From Bacteroidales bacterium (GTDB lineage Bacteria; Bacteroidota; Bacteroidia; Bacteroidales; WCHB1-69), in the NCBI GenBank assembly GCA_017535665.1, contig JAFXTS010000019.1, forward strand, positions 54,531 to 118,530: a stretch of 64,000 bases of DNA, read 5' to 3'. Every line of letters starts with the position of its first letter. The stretch's first letter is position 1. The notes beneath the pieces are model-generated. The model was not told where the DNA came from and did no database searches. It saw only the letters and a program-made list of their open reading frames with translations. Made by a program: the position numbers and the translations under genes. Shown in pieces: positions 35,758-45,251 of this stretch.

Positions 35758-36083
35758 TAGATTTCAAAGTCTTCGTATTTGTCCTCTTCGTTGTCGTTGC
35801 GTTCCGGGCTGGCGAAAAGCGCGTCATCGGGCATCTTGCCCGTCTCGATGAAGTCGAGCACGGCGGCTAATGCGTTCTGGAATTTGGAGAAATCCTCTTT
35901 ATATAAGAAAAGCTTATGCTTCTCATAGAAGAAAGTGCCGTTGTCGGCGTTGAATTTGCGTTTGCTTTCGGTGATGGTCAGGTATTTCTCATCACTCTTG
36001 GTGGTCTTCACATCAAAAAAGTAAGTTCTCTTTCCTGCTCTTACTGCCCTTGATAACACTTCGTTTTTTTCTAAATTTTCCAT
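35757..36083 (-). CDS. PUR-alpha-like DNA/RNA-binding protein (DUF3276)
   Basis: 108 aa. RAGKRTYFFDVKTTKSDEKYLTITESKR...FYEKHKLFLYKEDF is typical of DUF3276. The stop overlaps the parA start (TAATG). Confidence 0.75.
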   Translation of the reverse strand: MENLEKNEVLSRAVRAGKRTYFFDVKTTKSDEKYLTITESKRKFNADNGTFFYEKHKLFLYKEDFSKFQNALAAVLDFIETGKMPDDALFASPERNDNEEDKYEDFEI

Positions 36084-36145
36084 CTGTGAACTATTTTAAT
36101 AAAACTTTTTTGCCCCCTTGCGGGAGTCCGTCAATAATAAATCTT

Positions 36146-36622
36146 CTAATCGTCAATATCCTGCTCGACGTACTCAAAGCGTACGGGGAGCTGGGTTTTC
36201 ATGGCGACAGCCTTGCCATCGATCTGGGCGGGTTTCCAGTTGGGGAACTCCTTGACCACACGCACGGCTTCCTCGTCCATCTCCTTGTAGCCGGAGGTGC
36301 GGGCGACTGTAACCTGTGAAATGGAGCCGTCGGCACCCACGAGGAACTGCACGGTGCAAGTGCCTTCCGCACGCTGACCTTCGAGGGATTCGGGATATTT
36401 CACATGCTCATCAAGATATGCATACACATCGGAAATACCATCATCGAATTCCGGCACCCGAAGGGTGGTTTTGGAGGTATCGCCTTTTGAATTGGTCTTC
36501 TGAATCACCATGTCCTCGCCATCGCACTTGGTCTCGCCAGCATTCTGCGAGAAACCATTCTGCACGTTCATACAAAGCATTACAGCGACAGCGGATGAAA
36601 TTACAAATGCTAATTTTTTCAT
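36146..36622 (-). CDS. TonB C-terminal-domain (energy-transducer-like) secreted protein
   Basis: Signal peptide MKKLAFVISSAVAVMLCMNVQNGFSQ. TonB_C-like C-terminus EGTCTVQFLVGADGSISQVTVARTSGYKEMDEEAVRVVKEFPNWKPA. The start was moved to the ATG at 36622. Confidence 0.7.
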   Translation of the reverse strand: MKKLAFVISSAVAVMLCMNVQNGFSQNAGETKCDGEDMVIQKTNSKGDTSKTTLRVPEFDDGISDVYAYLDEHVKYPESLEGQRAEGTCTVQFLVGADGSISQVTVARTSGYKEMDEEAVRVVKEFPNWKPAQIDGKAVAMKTQLPVRFEYVEQDIDD

Positions 36623-36649
36623 GTTCAAAAAATCTATTTTTTCAGCGTG

Positions 36650-36657
36650 CAAATTTA
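36650..36657 (-). promoter_or_regulatory. -7 promoter box (TAAATTTG on the minus strand)
   Basis: CAAATTTA lies 28 nt upstream of the start at 36622. Confidence 0.5.
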
Positions 36658-36812
36658 CACGTTTTTTTTTGATATTTTCAGAAATATAAAATCTTTTTTT
36701 AACGCATCAAATTGAATAAAAAGTTGTATATTAGCCGCTCGAAAATAAGAGCACGACGGATTGTGGGGAAAGTTTTCTTAAAATGTTTATACAGTTAGAT
36801 TTACATATTGAT

Positions 36813-37982
36813 ATGAAGAGATTACTTGTCGGATTCACCATCGCACTTTGCATGATTTTTTCTGCTAACCGCGCATTTGCAGCCGAAAAAAATCCTGCCG
36901 ACACCAACGCTTTCAATCCCGGATCACTCATCATTGAGCATGTGATCGACAGTTACGGCTGGCACATCACCGGTGAAGGCGAGAAATCCGTGGCCATCCC
37001 CCTGCCCGTCATCCTGATTGACAACGGGCTGCATGCCTTCATGTCGAACAAATTCGAGCATGGCCATCATGTTTATAAAGGATATGCCCTCGGCTTCACG
37101 GAAGAACATAAGGGAAAGATTGTGAAATTAGGAGGGAAATACAGCGACTATACGGGCTCTTGGGAACAGATCTACAAAGACGAATGCATCGCCCAAAACG
37201 ATGAGAAGGCTTTGTCGAAACTGATAGATGAAAAAGCCACTGGCAAAATGATTGACATTTCCATCACCAAGAATGTCTGCTCGCTCTTCATCTCCATCAT
37301 CTTAATCCTGTTCATTTTCTTGAGAGTGGCCAAACAGTACAAGCAGCGTGAGAACGAGGCTCCGCGTGGTCTGCAAGGCTTGATGGAACCCATCATCCTG
37401 TTCATCCGCGATGAGGTGGCCATCCCCTCTCTCGGCAAAACGCGCTACCAGAAATACCTCCCCTACCTGCTCACCCTCTTCTTCTTCATCCTCATCAACA
37501 ACCTCATGGGACTCATCCCGATCTTCCCCGGCGGCGCCAACCTCACCGGCAACATCGCGGTCACTGGCGTGCTCGCTCTCATCACTTTCCTCATCACCTC
37601 CTTCTCCGCTGACGCCAACTACTGGAAGCACCTCATCAACACCCCCGGCGTGCCGTGGTTCCTCAAGATTCCCATCCCGCTGATGCCCCTCGTGGAAATC
37701 ATCGGTATCTTCACCAAGCCCTTCGTGCTGATGGTGCGACTCTTCGCCAACATCACTGCTGGTCACATCATCGCACTCGGCGTTATCTCGCTCATCTTCA
37801 TCTTCGGAGGCATGAGCGTGGGTCTCGGCTATGGCGTTTCCATCGTCTCCCTCATCTTCTACGTCTTCATGGGACTGCTCGAATGCATCGTCGCCTTCAT
37901 CCAGGCCTTCGTCTTCACCCTGCTTACGGCTATGTTCACGGGCATGGCCATGCCGGCGGAGCACGCTGTTGAGCACAAATAA
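36813..37982 (+). CDS. atpB: F-type ATP synthase F0 subunit a
   Basis: Long Bacteroidota-type N-terminal extension, then the TM bundle with LMVRLFANITAGHI (essential Arg). The start could be 36783 or 36813. Confidence 0.88.
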   Translation: MKRLLVGFTIALCMIFSANRAFAAEKNPADTNAFNPGSLIIEHVIDSYGWHITGEGEKSVAIPLPVILIDNGLHAFMSNKFEHGHHVYKGYALGFTEEHKGKIVKLGGKYSDYTGSWEQIYKDECIAQNDEKALSKLIDEKATGKMIDISITKNVCSLFISIILILFIFLRVAKQYKQRENEAPRGLQGLMEPIILFIRDEVAIPSLGKTRYQKYLPYLLTLFFFILINNLMGLIPIFPGGANLTGNIAVTGVLALITFLITSFSADANYWKHLINTPGVPWFLKIPIPLMPLVEIIGIFTKPFVLMVRLFANITAGHIIALGVISLIFIFGGMSVGLGYGVSIVSLIFYVFMGLLECIVAFIQAFVFTLLTAMFTGMAMPAEHAVEHK

Positions 37983-37987
37983 ACTGA

Positions 37988-38281
<294 letters not shown>

Positions 38282-38297
38282 CACCCAGCCATCCCCA

Positions 38298-38337
38298 AAA
38301 GAGTTCCCCCACGGTTGGTGGGCGAACTCTTTTTTTC
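38298..38337 (+). terminator. Rho-independent terminator after atpE
   Basis: AAGAGTTCCCCCAC, loop GGTT, GGTGGGCGAACTCTT (one mismatch), followed by T7. Confidence 0.75.
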
Positions 38338-38394
38338 GTTTTTTAAGAATCATCTTTTACTTTTTGCATATCTTATTGACAATCAACATTACCC

Positions 38395-40851
38395 ATGAAA
38401 ATCTCGTACAACTGGCTCAAACAATACATCAGCTTTGACCTCGCGCCGGCCGAAACCGCCGACTACCTTACCGCCTGCGGATTGGAGGTGGAAGGCATGG
38501 AAACTTACGAAAGCATCCGCGGCGGACTCCGTGGACTCGTCGCTGGAGAGGTGCTCACCTGCGAACCCCATCCGGATTCCGACCACCTGCACGTCACCAC
38601 CGTTGATGTGGGCGGCGACACCCCGCTGAACATCGTGTGCGGCGCGCCCAACGTGGCGAAAGGACAGAAAGTGATCGTGGCCACCATCGGCACGGTGCTC
38701 TACGACGGCGAAGAGTCGTTCACCATCAAGAAGTCGAAACTGCGCGGCGTGCCGTCGGAAGGCATGATCTGTGCGGAAGATGAAATCGGTGTGGGCGAAT
38801 CGCATGACGGCATCATGGTGCTGCCGGAAGACACCAAAGTAGGCACACCCGCCGCCAAAATCTTCAAGGTGGAATGCGACACCATCTTCGAGATCGGCCT
38901 CACCCCCAACCGCAGCGATGCCATCTGCCACTTCGGTGTGGCCCGCGACCTGTATGCCATCCTCAAAGCCAACGGCATCCACTGCTCGCCTCCCATCGCT
39001 CCCCTCGACCGTGAAACGCGCAACACACTGCAGAAGTGCGCCATCGACATTATCATTGAGAATAAAAAGGACTGTCCCCGCTACACGGGTGTCACCATCA
39101 ACAACGTCACCGTGAAAGAGTCACCCGAGTGGCTGCAAACCCGTCTGAAATCCATCGGCGTGCGTCCTATTAATAATATAGTAGATGCCACCAACTATGT
39201 GATGTTTGAGATCGGGCAGCCGCTCCACGCTTTCGATGCCGATACCATTATTGGCAATCAGGTGATTGTGAAGAATTTACCGGAAGGAACTCCCTTCGTC
39301 ACTCTTGACGGAAACGAAATCAAGTTGTCGGCCAACGACCTGATGATTTGCAATGCCTCCGAGGGCATGTGCATCGCCGGCGTTTACGGCGGACAACGGT
39401 CGGGCGTGACCGAGAAGACCAAGAACATCTTCCTCGAAAGCGCCTATTTCAACCCTGTCTCTATCCGCAAGACCTCCAAGCGTCATAATCTCAAGACCGA
39501 TGCGGCCTTCCGTTTCGAGCGTGGCTGCGATCCCGAAATCACCGTCTATGCTTTGCGCCGTGCCGCCAACATCATCAAAGACATCGCCGGCGGACTCACC
39601 TCCGAAATCACCGACGTCTATCCCGATGAGATTGAACGCCGTAAGATTAGTTTGCGCTACGAGGACATCAACCGTATCGCAGGCAAGAAAATCGACAAGC
39701 AGATGGTGTGCAGCATCCTCGTGTCGTTGGGTATCGACCTCTCTTCCACCGTTTCAGGCGAAGACCAGGTGACCGCCCTCGTGCCGCTCTACAAAGCCGA
39801 TGTCACCCGTCCCATCGACCTGATCGAAGAGATTCTCCGCATCTATGGATACAACAATATTGAAATCCCTACCACGCTGAGCTACAACTGCGAAAGCAAA
39901 GGCCAAGTCAGTTACCGTCATATCCAGAACAGAATTTCCAACTATCTGTCTGACAATGGTTTCTTGGAAGTGATGAACAATTCACTCACCAAGGAAGCTT
40001 ACGCTCAGCATTTTGATTTCATCAACGAAAACGAAGCTGTGAAACTGCTCAATCCGTTGAGCACGGAGTTGAATGTGATGCGCCAGACCCTGCTGTTCAG
40101 CGGTCTCGAAAACATCGATCGCAACATCAAGAACAAGCGTTCCAACCTGAAACTATATGAGTTCGGCAAGAGTTATTGGAAGAATTTAGAGGCCACTCGT
40201 GAAGATTCTGTCACCGACCAGTACAAAGAGAAGGAGTGGCTTTCGATGTTCGCCACGGGCAAAAACCACGAGGATTTGTGGAACGAGCCGGGCCGCAACA
40301 ACGATTTCTTCTATTTGAAAAATATGGTGGAGAATGTCTTTAGATTAATGAATATCAAAGATTTGACCACCAAGATGGAAGATGATACCCGCTTCACCAA
40401 CTCGCTCCGTTACTATAGTGGTGAAGAACTGTTGTGCTCCATCGGTATGGTGCAGCCTGCCATCTTGAAATATTTCGACATCAAGGTTCCCGTTTGCTAT
40501 GCCGAGATTGATACCGAACTGTTGTACCGTTTGGGCTGCTCGCAGGTGTTGTACTCCCCCATCCCGTTGTTCCCGGCCGTGAAGCGCGACCTGGCGCTGG
40601 TGGTGGACAAGGCGGTGACCTACGACACTTTAGAGAAGGTGGCCTACAAATATGGCTCCAAACTGCTGAAGAATGTCACGCTGTTTGATGTTTACGAAGG
40701 CGATAAGATCGAAGCAGGCAAGAAGTCGTATGCCTTGAACTTCGTGCTGCAGCATTCGGAGAAGACGCTTACCGAAGAGGACATCACCAAGGTGATGAAC
40801 AAACTCATCACGGCCTTTGAGCGCGAGGTGGGAGCCAAACTTCGCCAGTAA
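38395..40851 (+). CDS. pheT: Phenylalanine--tRNA ligase beta subunit
   Basis: 818 aa with the N-terminus MKISYNWLKQYI and tRNA-binding, B3/4, B5 and FDX-ACB regions in order. Confidence 0.95.
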   Translation: MKISYNWLKQYISFDLAPAETADYLTACGLEVEGMETYESIRGGLRGLVAGEVLTCEPHPDSDHLHVTTVDVGGDTPLNIVCGAPNVAKGQKVIVATIGTVLYDGEESFTIKKSKLRGVPSEGMICAEDEIGVGESHDGIMVLPEDTKVGTPAAKIFKVECDTIFEIGLTPNRSDAICHFGVARDLYAILKANGIHCSPPIAPLDRETRNTLQKCAIDIIIENKKDCPRYTGVTINNVTVKESPEWLQTRLKSIGVRPINNIVDATNYVMFEIGQPLHAFDADTIIGNQVIVKNLPEGTPFVTLDGNEIKLSANDLMICNASEGMCIAGVYGGQRSGVTEKTKNIFLESAYFNPVSIRKTSKRHNLKTDAAFRFERGCDPEITVYALRRAANIIKDIAGGLTSEITDVYPDEIERRKISLRYEDINRIAGKKIDKQMVCSILVSLGIDLSSTVSGEDQVTALVPLYKADVTRPIDLIEEILRIYGYNNIEIPTTLSYNCESKGQVSYRHIQNRISNYLSDNGFLEVMNNSLTKEAYAQHFDFINENEAVKLLNPLSTELNVMRQTLLFSGLENIDRNIKNKRSNLKLYEFGKSYWKNLEATREDSVTDQYKEKEWLSMFATGKNHEDLWNEPGRNNDFFYLKNMVENVFRLMNIKDLTTKMEDDTRFTNSLRYYSGEELLCSIGMVQPAILKYFDIKVPVCYAEIDTELLYRLGCSQVLYSPIPLFPAVKRDLALVVDKAVTYDTLEKVAYKYGSKLLKNVTLFDVYEGDKIEAGKKSYALNFVLQHSEKTLTEEDITKVMNKLITAFEREVGAKLRQ

Positions 40852-40880
40852 ACTTTCCCACAGAAGCCATTCGAGCCATC

Positions 40881-41498
40881 ATGCTACGTCTGCGCTATTC
40901 TTCTGAACCACAAATCATTGAATGCGGCTGCGATGAAGCCGGCAGAGGTTGTATTGCAGGTCCTGTAGCAGCTGCCGCGGTCATCTTGCCGCCCGATTAC
41001 CACAACGAGCTGATCAACGACTCGAAGCAGTTGAGCCGGCGGTTGCGCGAGCAGTTGCGCCAGGAGATTGAGCGCGACGCGGTGGCATACGCAGTGGTGA
41101 TGGTGTCGGAGCAGGAGATTGACGAGACCAACATTTTGGCCGCGTCGCTGGCCGGCATGAACCGTGCGGTGAAGCAACTTTCGGTAGTGCCGCAACTGCT
41201 GTTGATTGACGGCAACCGCTTCAAAAACGAGACCGGCATACCGTATCACTGCATCGTGAAGGGCGATGCCACCTTCATGAACATTGCGGCCGCCTCCATC
41301 TTAGCGAAGACCTACCGCGACGAGCTGATGGCGCAGCGCGACGCGGAGTATCCGCAATATGGATGGAAGAAAAATGCGGGGTACCCGACACAAGAGCACC
41401 AAGATGCGGTCATCCAATACGGACTATCGCCTTACCATCGCAAGAGTTTTCACTTGAAACGCCTCACGCAACCCTCTCTATTTGATGGGGTTGAGTAA
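40881..41498 (+). CDS. rnhB: Ribonuclease HII
   Basis: GCDEAGRGCIAGPV active-site motif. 205 aa. Confidence 0.93.
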   Translation: MLRLRYSSEPQIIECGCDEAGRGCIAGPVAAAAVILPPDYHNELINDSKQLSRRLREQLRQEIERDAVAYAVVMVSEQEIDETNILAASLAGMNRAVKQLSVVPQLLLIDGNRFKNETGIPYHCIVKGDATFMNIAAASILAKTYRDELMAQRDAEYPQYGWKKNAGYPTQEHQDAVIQYGLSPYHRKSFHLKRLTQPSLFDGVE

Positions 41499-41588
41499 TT
41501 CCACCGATGGCTTTCTGTGACATTCACACATTATTTTTATGATTAAAAAATCTTAATACAAAAGATTACCCATATCGAAAAAAAGGCG

Positions 41589-41596
41589 TAACTTTG
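41589..41596 (+). promoter_or_regulatory. -7 promoter box TAACTTTG upstream of serC
   Basis: TAnnTTTG match 57 nt upstream of the ATG at 41653. Confidence 0.45.
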
Positions 41597-41652
41597 CACC
41601 GTTATTTTAGGCAAACACTAAATTATCATAAACCATTAAAAATACTGATATT

Positions 41653-42768
41653 ATGACAGTACACAATTTCAATGCAGGACCCTGCGTCCTCCCGAAAGAA
41701 GCGATTGAATCAACGATCAACGCTATGCGCAACTTCGACAACACTGGTGTCGGCATCATGGAAATCTCCCACCGTACCCCGGGTTGGGAACGCATCATGG
41801 CTGAAACCCGTCAGCTCTGGCGCGACCTCCTCAACATCCCCGAAGAGTATGAGATCCTTTTCCTCGGTGGCGGTGCCAGCACCCAGTTCTTCTGCGTGCC
41901 CGCTAACCTGATGCGCAGCAAAGCCGCTTACCTCCAGACTGGTGTTTGGGCTAAGAAGGCCGCTAAGGAAGCCAAGCTGTTCGGTAAGGTTGACATCATC
42001 GCCTCTTCCGAAGACAAGACCTACAACTACATCCCGAAGGGTTGGACCGTTCCCGCTGACGCCGACTACTTCCACATCACCACCAACAACACCATCTACG
42101 GCACCGAGATCCGCGAGGACTTCACCGCTGAGAAGTGCAACAACGTGATGCTCGTTGCTGACATGTCATCCGACATCATGAGCCGTCCCGTTGACGTGAC
42201 CAAATACGGTTTGATTTACGGTGGTGCCCAGAAGAACGTCGGTCCTGCCGGTGTCACCTTCGTCATCGTGAAGAAATCCATCCTCGGCAACATCGGCGAC
42301 CGCGCCTATATGAACCCGCTGCCGACCATGGTGGACTACAGAACCCACGCTGCTGAAGAGGCCAAAAACATCTCCATGTTCAACACTCCTCCGGTAGGCG
42401 CCATCTTCATCATGCACGAAACCCTGAAATGGCTCAAAGAGACCATCGGTGGTGTGGCTGAGATGAACAAGATCAACACCAAGAAATCCAACCTCCTGTA
42501 CGAAGAGATCGACCGCAACAGCATGTTCGTGGGCACCGTCGCCGACAAGGCCGACCGTTCCATCATGAACCACTGCTGGGTGATGGCTCCCGGCTACGAG
42601 GACAAGCAGGACGCTTTCATGGCCTACGCCAAGGAATGCGGCATGGTGGGCATCAAGGGTCACCGCAGCGTCGGCGGCTTCCGCGCCTCCCTCTACAACG
42701 CCTGCTCCATCGAAGACGTCGAGGCACTCGTGGATTGCATGCAGAAGTTTGAAAAAAATAATAAATAA
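41653..42768 (+). CDS. serC: 3-phosphoserine aminotransferase
   Basis: HNFNAGPCVLPKEAI N-terminus, class V aminotransferase. 371 aa. Confidence 0.93.
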   Translation: MTVHNFNAGPCVLPKEAIESTINAMRNFDNTGVGIMEISHRTPGWERIMAETRQLWRDLLNIPEEYEILFLGGGASTQFFCVPANLMRSKAAYLQTGVWAKKAAKEAKLFGKVDIIASSEDKTYNYIPKGWTVPADADYFHITTNNTIYGTEIREDFTAEKCNNVMLVADMSSDIMSRPVDVTKYGLIYGGAQKNVGPAGVTFVIVKKSILGNIGDRAYMNPLPTMVDYRTHAAEEAKNISMFNTPPVGAIFIMHETLKWLKETIGGVAEMNKINTKKSNLLYEEIDRNSMFVGTVADKADRSIMNHCWVMAPGYEDKQDAFMAYAKECGMVGIKGHRSVGGFRASLYNACSIEDVEALVDCMQKFEKNNK

Positions 42769-42776
42769 TTATTTTT

Positions 42777-42808
42777 AGTTAAGAAGTTAAGTAGTTAAGG
42801 AACTTAGA
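42777..42808 (+). repeat. Tandem octamer array (AGTTAAGN)x4, left arm of an inverted repeat
   Basis: AGTTAAGA AGTTAAGT AGTTAAGG AACTTAGA. Positions 42777-42791 are the exact reverse complement of 43209-43223. Confidence 0.9.
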
Positions 42809-42832
42809 TAATTCAAAACCAAGAGAACTGAA

Positions 42833-43213
42833 ATGGCGAAAGGGAGTGTTTTGAGGGAAAAGAGTTATGCTTTTGCTATACGAGCCATCAATTTGGCCAA
42901 ATTTCTTCGTGAGGAGAAAAAGGAGTATATTCTTTCAAAACAAATTGTTCGCTGTGGTACCTCTATCGGAGCAAACATTGAAGAAGCTTCTGGAGCGCAG
43001 TCAAACAATGATTTTATTGCCAAACTTCATATTTCTCTAAAAGAAGCCAAGGAAACTCACTACTGGGTGAGGCTCTTGAGAGACACAGAGTACATTTCAA
43101 AGGAACAGGCGCAAAGTCTGATTGAAGATATTGATGAAGTCATCACTATCCTCACAAGAAGTCTGAAAACCATCAAATCCAACAATGTGTCCCCCACAAA
43201 AAGATCCGCTTAA
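42833..43213 (+). CDS. Four-helix-bundle protein (23S rRNA intervening-sequence protein / Avd-like family)
   Basis: 126 aa. SYAFAIRAINLAKFL...QIVRCGTSIGANIEEA...KLHISLKEAKETHYWVRLL is the characteristic pattern of this family. Confidence 0.85.
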   Translation: MAKGSVLREKSYAFAIRAINLAKFLREEKKEYILSKQIVRCGTSIGANIEEASGAQSNNDFIAKLHISLKEAKETHYWVRLLRDTEYISKEQAQSLIEDIDEVITILTRSLKTIKSNNVSPTKRSA

Positions 43214-43265
43214 CTTCTTAACTCCTTAACTCCTTAACTTCTTTCACACCTTAACATCTTAACTA
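43209..43265 (+). repeat. Tandem octamer array (CTTAACTN)x7, right arm of an inverted repeat
   Basis: CTTAACTT CTTAACTC CTTAACTC CTTAACTT CTTTCACA CCTTAACAT CTTAACT. It overlaps the stop codon of the four-helix-bundle ORF. Confidence 0.9.
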
Positions 43266-43279
43266 AAAAGAAAAATAAA

Positions 43280-44197
43280 ATGAAAGTATTAGTAGCAACC
43301 GAAAAACCTTTCGCGAAGGTGGCCGTTGATGGCATTCGCGGAATTGTGGAGGCCGCTGGTTATGAGCTGTGCCTTCTCGAAAAATATACTGATGTTCAGC
43401 AGTTTTACGATGCAGTGGCCGATGTGGACGCGCTGATCGTGCGTTCCGACAAGGTGACCGCCCAGGTGGTGGACGCCGCCAAGAACCTCAAGATTGTGGT
43501 TCGCGCAGGAGCCGGCTTCGACAACCTCGACCTCGCCGCCTGTACCGCCAACAACATCGTGGCTGAAAACACCCCCGGCCAGAACTCCAACGCCGTGGCT
43601 GAACTCGCCATCGGCATGATGATCTACATGGCCCGCAACACCTTCAAACCCGGCACCGGTGCTGAGCTGAAGGGCAAGAAAATCGGCATCCAGGCCTATG
43701 GTAATGTCGGCCGCCTCGTCGCCGAAAAGGCCAAAGCCCTCGGCATGGAAGTCTGGGCTTTCGACCCCTTCGTACCGAAAGAGAAGATGGAAGCCGAAGG
43801 TGTGCATGTTCCCGCTACCCTCGAAGAGATGTACGAGAACTGCCACTACATCTCCCTCCATATTCCTGCCAACGACCAGACCAAGAAGTCGATCGGCAAG
43901 AACCTCGTGGGCCGTATGCCCAAAGGCGGCTGCGTAATCAACACCGCCCGCAAGGAGGTCATCAACGAAGAGGAGCTCGCCGCTTTGATGGCTGAACGCG
44001 AAGACCTCAAATACTGCACCGACATCGCCCCCGTGGAGATGGGTCTGTTCGAAGGTTTCGAGAAGCGTTTCTTCGCCACCCCGAAAAAACAAGGTGCCGA
44101 GACCGCCGAGGCCAACATCAACGCCGCGAAGGCTGCTGCCAGCCAGATTGTCAGCTTCTTCCAGACCGGCGACAAGAAGTTCCAGGTGAACAAATAA
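43280..44197 (+). CDS. serA: D-3-phosphoglycerate dehydrogenase (short D-2-hydroxyacid dehydrogenase type)
   Basis: 305 aa with the NAD-binding motif GIQAYGNVGRLVA. It follows serC. Confidence 0.85.
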   Translation: MKVLVATEKPFAKVAVDGIRGIVEAAGYELCLLEKYTDVQQFYDAVADVDALIVRSDKVTAQVVDAAKNLKIVVRAGAGFDNLDLAACTANNIVAENTPGQNSNAVAELAIGMMIYMARNTFKPGTGAELKGKKIGIQAYGNVGRLVAEKAKALGMEVWAFDPFVPKEKMEAEGVHVPATLEEMYENCHYISLHIPANDQTKKSIGKNLVGRMPKGGCVINTARKEVINEEELAALMAEREDLKYCTDIAPVEMGLFEGFEKRFFATPKKQGAETAEANINAAKAAASQIVSFFQTGDKKFQVNK

Positions 44198-44221
44198 GCC
44201 GTTCACGGAATTTCCTACAAC

Positions 44222-44254
44222 AAAAAAAATCCGCTGGAAACAGCGGATTTTTTT
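44222..44254. terminator. Bidirectional Rho-independent terminator
   Basis: A8, TCCGCTG, loop GAAA, CAGCGGA, T7. It lies between the convergent serA and lipoprotein genes. Confidence 0.9.
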
Positions 44255-44274
44255 GTGAGTACCAACAATCAATA

Positions 44275-45204
44275 CTAATATTCAAACATGGTTGTCGCAG
44301 AATAGGTGTAGCGATACATTTCGACATCATCCTCATCAAGTTCTGTATAAGTCATTGTCGCAGAGGTCGGATAATTGCCCTGATAGGTGTAGGTGTAGTC
44401 CAAATCAAATGACTCATCTTCATCCGTAACGGTGCAATGGGCAATATTGTTTTTGGACATCAGGATGGAAAAACCGGTTTCAATATCGAATTCACCTTCT
44501 ACAGCCTCCTCATTCCACAAGCCGTAAAAAGGATTCAACTTGTTATCGTACGTATAGCTGTAACGAGCTGAGTACAAAGGAGTGGTGTAAACCATGTTGC
44601 TCACATTATTGCCATTCCATTCGAAAGCGAACTCGTAGGTGGTTGAACCCTTGGGATCGGCCAAGGCATCCGAGTGCTTGCTTTTCGGTGTGGGAAGGTT
44701 CAAACCCAGTATGCACGACGGTAGAGGATGAATTTCGGCGCCCCTGACGCTATTGATCACCGTATAGGTAATTTTGCTGATCTTTTTCCCATCGTGAGTA
44801 ATGTCATAAACAGCGGATTTTGTGTCGCCATAATAATACTCAATGGAGGAGAGCTTCCCTTTTTCGTAAATGAAATCATACCTGCCAGTGCTCCATGAGA
44901 TGGTGGAAAGGCATTTGCCGTTGTACGAAAAATTGTCGGTGGCAACAAACATGCCGTCCTCATCATAATAATCAATGCTTTCCAACTTTTTGCCATTCCA
45001 ATTCCACACCTGTCCCACATATGCGGGGATAAGCTCCTCCTCCTCGGTGATCCACGAAATGCCATCCCAGAATTCGTCTTTTTCCATTTCGGAATAGCTG
45101 ATCTTGCTGATTTTCTTTTTCGGGTTGAACTGACCCTCTTTGTTACACGATACCAGCACCGCACAAATGGCGATAATGCTCACTAAAAATTTCCAGTTTC
45201 TCAT
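44275..45204 (-). CDS. Paralogous lipoprotein, copy 3 of the tandem triplet
   Basis: Lipoprotein signal ICAVLVSCNKEG. It shares KKKISKISYS...WDG...VWNWNGKKLESIDYY...GKLSSIEYY...KISKITYT...HPLPSC...YDNKLNPF...SKNNI with its neighbours. Confidence 0.8.
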   Translation of the reverse strand: MRNWKFLVSIIAICAVLVSCNKEGQFNPKKKISKISYSEMEKDEFWDGISWITEEEELIPAYVGQVWNWNGKKLESIDYYDEDGMFVATDNFSYNGKCLSTISWSTGRYDFIYEKGKLSSIEYYYGDTKSAVYDITHDGKKISKITYTVINSVRGAEIHPLPSCILGLNLPTPKSKHSDALADPKGSTTYEFAFEWNGNNVSNMVYTTPLYSARYSYTYDNKLNPFYGLWNEEAVEGEFDIETGFSILMSKNNIAHCTVTDEDESFDLDYTYTYQGNYPTSATMTYTELDEDDVEMYRYTYSATTMFEY

Positions 45205-45251
45205 TTTTTGATTTTTAATAAATTGAAAGGATAAATATGGAATACAAACGA

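Noticed and set aside
34118-35760. 289-aa and 225-aa plus-strand ORFs
   Set aside because: They are antisense to parB and parA. Neither has a motif and both genes on the other strand are canonical.
42833-43213. Diversity-generating retroelement, because the ORF is Avd-like
   Set aside because: There is no reverse transcriptase gene, no template/variable repeat pair and no target gene with a C-terminal variable region within the window.
43289-44272. 327-aa ORF on the minus strand
   Set aside because: It is antisense to serA and runs through the bidirectional terminator. It is a shadow ORF.
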